NCBI GenBank assembly: GCA_046497275.1
Contig: JAWOFX010000174.1
Location: forward strand, 1 to 32,000
DNA: 32,000 bases
Direction of reading: 5' to 3'
Origin: Promethearchaeia archaeon
GTDB taxonomy: Archaea > Asgardarchaeota > Lokiarchaeia > Sigyniarchaeales > SOKP01
This document shows, piece by piece, positions 27,473-32,000 of the stretch. The first letter of the stretch is position 1. The number at the start of each line of letters is the position of its first letter. Below the pieces are notes generated by a model, which did no database searches, was not told the DNA's origin, and was given only the letters and a program-made list of their open reading frames with translations. A program made the position numbers and the translations under genes.

Positions 27473-28987
27473 ATGAAACTTAGTAATTTAAAAGTACTCA
27501 CTCAAGATGAGATTCTACAAATTCATCAAAAAACTTTAAAATTATTGTATGACGTCGGAGTTAAAGTAGAAACTGAAGAGGCTAGAAATCTCTTAATAGA
27601 GAATGGAGCTATTTTAGATTCTGAGAAGAGTGATTATATCAGATTTCCGGAGGAATTAGTTTTAGAACAGTTAAAGAAGGTTCCCAATTCCTTTACCTTA
27701 TGGGGTGCCGATGGGAGTTATAAAGTTGATATTACTACAGATACTGTGAATTTTGCCACAGTAGGTACACCTGTGAAAATGTATGATCCGAATAAAAGAA
27801 AACTTGTGAGAAAGTCCCTTCTTGAAGATACGATAAAACAAATCCGCATTGTTGATAGTTTAAAAAATATTGTTGCTTCACATGTAGATGTATGGCCGAA
27901 TGATGTCCCCTATACCGAATTACATTGGCATTCAATGTATGCGTGGGGCAAAAGCAGCACAAAACCTTATGGATTGGGTTGTTATGGAAGGACTGCTTCC
28001 CATGATATGATGGAAATAGCTTCTATAATTGTTGGGGGGAAAGAAGAATTGAAAAAACGACCTAGATTAATTGCCTTTTTTAATCCTACAAGTCCATTAA
28101 CATTAACCCCTATTATGTTGAATGGTCTTTTTGAATTTGCAAACTATAATCAACCAATCATTATTGCCCCTGCCGCGAGTGCGGGATCCACAGCACCTGT
28201 AACTTTGGCAGGCTTACTTATCCAATCAAATATAGAGATTTTATCCTCTATTGTATTAACTCAATTAATTAAGCCGGGATGCCCTATCTTTTATTCTACA
28301 ATGAATAGCATAATGGATCCTCCGACAGGTAATGTGGCGTGGGGTAGTATAGAAACAGGGTTAATTTCAACGGCACACGCGCAATTATCTAAATTTTATA
28401 ATATCCCTTCAAGAGGTCCGGGATGTGTGACGGAATCTAAATGTTTTGATATCCAAAATGGTTTGGAGCGATTTATGACACTCTTTTTTTCCGCAAATGC
28501 AGGAATTAATTATATCACCTGTGCGGGAACCTATGAATCTTCTTTATCTGAGGCTTTAGAATTATTAGTAATAGATGATGAAATTTGTGAGATGGTAAAA
28601 AGAGGGATGAGGGGGATTGATTTTAATGATGAAACATTAGCAATTGAACCAATTAAAAAAGTGGCAGAATCTGGAAAACCTTATTTAATGCTTCGCCATA
28701 CAGCGAAAAATACACGAAAGGAGATATTCGTCCCTAAATTAATGGATAGAGAGAGACGGGGCAAATGGTTAAAATCAGGCGCTAAAGATATTATGGAACG
28801 AGCAAGAGAGAAAGTAGATGAAGTTTTACACACGCAAGAAGGACCAGGTTATAGTCCCGAGGTAGATAAAAAATTAAAAGAATATTTGAAAGTAATTTCT
28901 ACTCGAACTATGGAAGATTATAGAAAATTGGAAGGAATGGAAGATGAAGATGGTTCTGTGGATCTTCCCGGAAGAAATTTGGATTAA
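27473..28987 (+). CDS. MttB-superfamily corrinoid methyltransferase, non-pyrrolysine, paralog 2
   Basis: EILQIHQKTLKLL, PTSPL, APVTLAGLLIQ, PSRGPGCVTESK and IQNGLER. No in-frame amber codon. Confidence 0.92.
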   Translation: MKLSNLKVLTQDEILQIHQKTLKLLYDVGVKVETEEARNLLIENGAILDSEKSDYIRFPEELVLEQLKKVPNSFTLWGADGSYKVDITTDTVNFATVGTPVKMYDPNKRKLVRKSLLEDTIKQIRIVDSLKNIVASHVDVWPNDVPYTELHWHSMYAWGKSSTKPYGLGCYGRTASHDMMEIASIIVGGKEELKKRPRLIAFFNPTSPLTLTPIMLNGLFEFANYNQPIIIAPAASAGSTAPVTLAGLLIQSNIEILSSIVLTQLIKPGCPIFYSTMNSIMDPPTGNVAWGSIETGLISTAHAQLSKFYNIPSRGPGCVTESKCFDIQNGLERFMTLFFSANAGINYITCAGTYESSLSEALELLVIDDEICEMVKRGMRGIDFNDETLAIEPIKKVAESGKPYLMLRHTAKNTRKEIFVPKLMDRERRGKWLKSGAKDIMERAREKVDEVLHTQEGPGYSPEVDKKLKEYLKVISTRTMEDYRKLEGMEDEDGSVDLPGRNLD

Positions 28988-29021
28988 AATGTATTATCAT
29001 TAAAATAAAAAGGTGTATATT

Positions 29022-30305
29022 ATGGAAAATGAAAAAAACATAAAAACAAAGGGACAAATTGAAGAGGAACAGAGAGAAAAGTGGGATGAAATGGAATTTG
29101 CTACACAATTAATGCGAGCGGGAGAGGATCCATATCCCGAAACCTCACATTCATTACGAACTCCTCTATACGCAACGAAATCTTACGTATACAAATCACT
29201 CTCTGAACTTGTCGAAAATCATTATTATTATTCAAGAACGGAAAATCCTACTTTATATGCGTTGGATCAGAAATTAGCCACTCTACATGAAGGAGAAGCA
29301 GGTCTCTCTGTTGCATCTGGTATGGCAGCAGTCCATTTATCATGTATGAGTGTACTCCAAGAAAGAATTGAGCGGATAAGACCAAAAAGGATTAAAAAAC
29401 TTTATCCTCAAACCCATCCCGGTAAAATTCCTAACATAATAATTCATAAAAATCTATATACTGGCTCTTTTCGATTATTTACGAAAATTTATCCTCAGAT
29501 GGGTATTGAAACCCGACGTGTTGATCTCACGAATCTAAATGAGATTAAATCAGCGATTGATGATCAAACTAAGTTACTTTTTATTGAGACACCCGCAAAT
29601 CCAACTGTAGATATTATAGATATAAAATCTTGTGCTGATTTAATTCATGATAATGGAGGTCAATGCATAGTAGATAATACTTGGGCATCACCAGCTTTAC
29701 AAAAACCATTAAATTTGGGAGCAGATCTTGTTGTAGAAAGTTTAACTAAATACATAAATGGTCATGGCGATTGCCTTGGAGGGGCTATTATTGGTCCCAA
29801 AAATCAATTAAGAGATTTACGATATTATTGGCTGGAAACTCAAGGAGCAGTCCTGAGTCCTTTTAATGCATGGTTAATTTTAAGGGGGGTGCGTACACTT
29901 GGATTAAGAATGGATAAGCATAGTGTAAATGCAATGGAAATTGCGAGATTTTTAGAGAGCCATGAAAAGGTTAAGGAAGTAGTTTACCCAGGGTTAAAAA
30001 CTCATCCTCATCATCAGGTTGCGAAAAAACAGATGCAAAATTTCGGTGGGATGATTGGATTCGAGTTATATTCTGTTAAGGAGAGTAATATATTTATAGA
30101 ATTACTTAAACAAATAAAAGTAGGTGTTTCTCTAGGAGATACAACTTCGTTAATTGAATACACTTCCCTAATGACTGGTATAGACCTTGCATCATGGGAA
30201 AAAAGATCCATGAATATTTCCGATACTCATTTTCGCTTATCCGTAGGATTAGAGGACTCAAAAGATCTTATAAAAGATTTAGATCAAGGACTTAAGCAAC
30301 TCTAA
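29022..30305 (+). CDS. PLP-dependent transsulfuration-family lyase (cystathionine gamma-lyase/synthase, methionine gamma-lyase-like)
   Basis: YSRTENPT, ASGMAA, ETPANP, DNTW, ESLTKYINGHGD (PLP lysine), VSLG and RLSVGLED. ATG at 29022 follows an AGGTG site. Confidence 0.9.
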   Translation: MENEKNIKTKGQIEEEQREKWDEMEFATQLMRAGEDPYPETSHSLRTPLYATKSYVYKSLSELVENHYYYSRTENPTLYALDQKLATLHEGEAGLSVASGMAAVHLSCMSVLQERIERIRPKRIKKLYPQTHPGKIPNIIIHKNLYTGSFRLFTKIYPQMGIETRRVDLTNLNEIKSAIDDQTKLLFIETPANPTVDIIDIKSCADLIHDNGGQCIVDNTWASPALQKPLNLGADLVVESLTKYINGHGDCLGGAIIGPKNQLRDLRYYWLETQGAVLSPFNAWLILRGVRTLGLRMDKHSVNAMEIARFLESHEKVKEVVYPGLKTHPHHQVAKKQMQNFGGMIGFELYSVKESNIFIELLKQIKVGVSLGDTTSLIEYTSLMTGIDLASWEKRSMNISDTHFRLSVGLEDSKDLIKDLDQGLKQL

Positions 30306-30358
30306 ACTTACTTATTCATCGTTTATAATCTTAAAAAAGAGAAAAAAATAGAATTTAT

Positions 30359-31771
30359 TCATCTATTAGTTCTAACTTTGTCCAACTTCTTTCTGTGGAG
30401 TTCTTCGAGTTTAATTTTCATTTCACTGACTTTTTCTTTTGTAAACGGATAATAATATAAGCATATCATGGTGAATCCTAATGCAATTCCAGGAAAGACG
30501 ATAAATAAAACTAATAATCCTAATGTAGGGTCTATGGTTGGATCATATGTTTCCCATTCTGTCATATTGAACACTAAACCGACAGTTACTATGGACAGAA
30601 TCATACTTAAACGCATAAAAAAGTTGGTGACGCCAAAAAATGCTCCTTCTCTACGTAATCCGGTATTTAATTCATCTTCATCGATAATGTCAGCGATAAT
30701 AAGATAAATAAAATACAGCATGCCTCCAAAACCTATTCCTACAAAGAGAGAAAAAACTATAGCAAATTCATATACTTGAAAAAACATAATTGGTAACGTC
30801 GAGATAAAATAAACGACAATCGAAATAGCATATCCTTTTCTGCTTCCAATAGTCAAATCTAATTTTCTCCATAGAATAACTGAAATGGCTCCAATGATAT
30901 ACATAATTCCCAGAATAATCATAGTTGGAAATTCTCCAATATCCCAAACGTATTTTCCAAATAAGGGCATAATTAGACCTAAGAGTAGCAATGTATATTC
31001 ATATAAGAAAAACATTATCGAATATAATTGGAATCCTTTATTACTTAAAGTATATTTAAGATTTTCCAAGAGTTTAAACTCTTGCCGATTATCCAACTTA
31101 AATTCTTCACGTTCTTTCACCCCCCATTTCAAAGAAATGATCAGAGAAATTCCAACGATTATAGATGTAACAATCCCATTTATAAGGTAGCCAAATGTTT
31201 CTGTTGAACCCCCAAATAAATCAATGAACAATCCGGGAACAAGTGCCGCAAAAATTAAACCCACCACGGATAATAATTGTTTTATAGTGTTAACTTCTGA
31301 TCTTTCCTCAACACTGGTATATAGTTCTGGAAATAAGGAATCAAATGGTAATGCTATCATTGTGTAAAATGTATCATAACAAAACAACATAATCAATAGA
31401 TACAAGAAGTTCATCCAAGTATTTCCGGGATTTGGCAGCCATACGATTATTTCAAGGATTAATATTGGGATAGTCCCAATCATAATGAATGGTTTTCTTC
31501 TTCCATATTTTGTGTTTGTTCTGTCGGAAAGATATCCAATTAAGGGATCATTAATCGCGTTCCACAAAGACCATATCACATAAGCCAGAATGATAAAATA
31601 CGTACTTAATCCAATTGCCGTAAAATAAAATGTGAAAATCCATATATTGAATGCAGAATTAATAAACCACTGAGCAAAAGAACCCATTCCGAAGCTCCAT
31701 TTCTGTTTTTTACTAAATCTTGTTTCTTCACTCATAAGTTGATTTTTTTTGCTAGACATATCCTTGATCAA
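30359..31771 (-). CDS. MFS transporter, GPH/MelB (MFS_2) family
   Basis: WNAINDPLIGYLSDRTNTKYGRRKPF and IADIIDEDELNTGLRREGAFFG motifs, about 12 TM segments. The start may be 31759 or 31735. Confidence 0.9.
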   Translation of the reverse strand: MIKDMSSKKNQLMSEETRFSKKQKWSFGMGSFAQWFINSAFNIWIFTFYFTAIGLSTYFIILAYVIWSLWNAINDPLIGYLSDRTNTKYGRRKPFIMIGTIPILILEIIVWLPNPGNTWMNFLYLLIMLFCYDTFYTMIALPFDSLFPELYTSVEERSEVNTIKQLLSVVGLIFAALVPGLFIDLFGGSTETFGYLINGIVTSIIVGISLIISLKWGVKEREEFKLDNRQEFKLLENLKYTLSNKGFQLYSIMFFLYEYTLLLLGLIMPLFGKYVWDIGEFPTMIILGIMYIIGAISVILWRKLDLTIGSRKGYAISIVVYFISTLPIMFFQVYEFAIVFSLFVGIGFGGMLYFIYLIIADIIDEDELNTGLRREGAFFGVTNFFMRLSMILSIVTVGLVFNMTEWETYDPTIDPTLGLLVLFIVFPGIALGFTMICLYYYPFTKEKVSEMKIKLEELHRKKLDKVRTNR

Positions 31772-32000
31772 TTTAATAATTTAAGATCTTGAAAGTAGGA
31801 TCCTATTAAAACTTCCCAAATTCTAAAGTATTAATTCATAATAGTAGAATTATAATTCGGATTACAAAATTATAAAGTAGTTCAAGGTTTAAATTACATT
31901 TTTTAGCAGAAATTAAATTCAATTTTATGTTTTATTAAAAAAAGAAATATTAATCTCCACCGTATTTTAATCTTAGAAAAATGAGAAGATAGAAAAATTA

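Noticed and set aside
25169-28987. Pyrrolysine (amber) readthrough in the MttB genes
   Set aside because: Both ORFs are full length with no internal TAG, the expected Pyl position is Val, and no pyl genes are seen.
29022-30305. Firm methionine gamma-lyase (mgl) or metB symbol
   Set aside because: The diagnostic YGC loop is absent (LYTGS), and family members cannot be separated without phylogeny or assays.
602-31190. Numerous 60-100 aa ORFs in the track that overlap larger genes (for example 602-826, 3785-4045, 9462-9731, 22318-22524, 27110-27376, 30468-30707)
   Set aside because: They are antisense or frame-shifted shadows of well-supported genes and carry no motifs. 3785-4045 and 3981-4193 are antisense to the real rubredoxin and oxidoreductase genes.

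Overview
AT-rich (roughly 30% GC by eye), gene-dense archaeal window. It is most consistent with an Asgard archaeon (Lokiarchaeia-like). This is an inference from the archaeal-type PEP carboxylase, GGTGA-type ribosome-binding sites, a membrane-anchored beta-helix protein and a longin/DENN-like domain fused to a Ras-like P-loop. The content is anaerobic metabolism and redox biology. (1) A 5'-truncated acyl-CoA synthetase. (2) A rubredoxin cluster around ppcA: an oxidoreductase-rubredoxin fusion plus two stand-alone rubredoxins that the ORF track missed. (3) An iorB-iorA-acdA operon divergent from an orphan glycyl radical enzyme, with a tandem palindromic operator between them. (4) An HTH_10 regulator, iron-sulfur flavoprotein, Ser/Thr dehydratase, DMT transporter and glutaredoxins. 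(5) A ferredoxin:thioredoxin reductase module and two CCG-domain (HdrD-like) paralogs. (6) A corrinoid methyl-transfer cluster: two non-pyrrolysine MttB paralogs, a corrinoid protein and a MtaA/URO-D-like protein, followed by a transsulfuration-family PLP lyase and a GPH-family MFS transporter. No rRNA, tRNA, CRISPR array or mobile element was recognised. The best candidates for undescribed biology are the methyl-to-thiol transfer cluster and the IOR/ACD/glycyl-radical locus. All family calls come from motif recognition without database searches.
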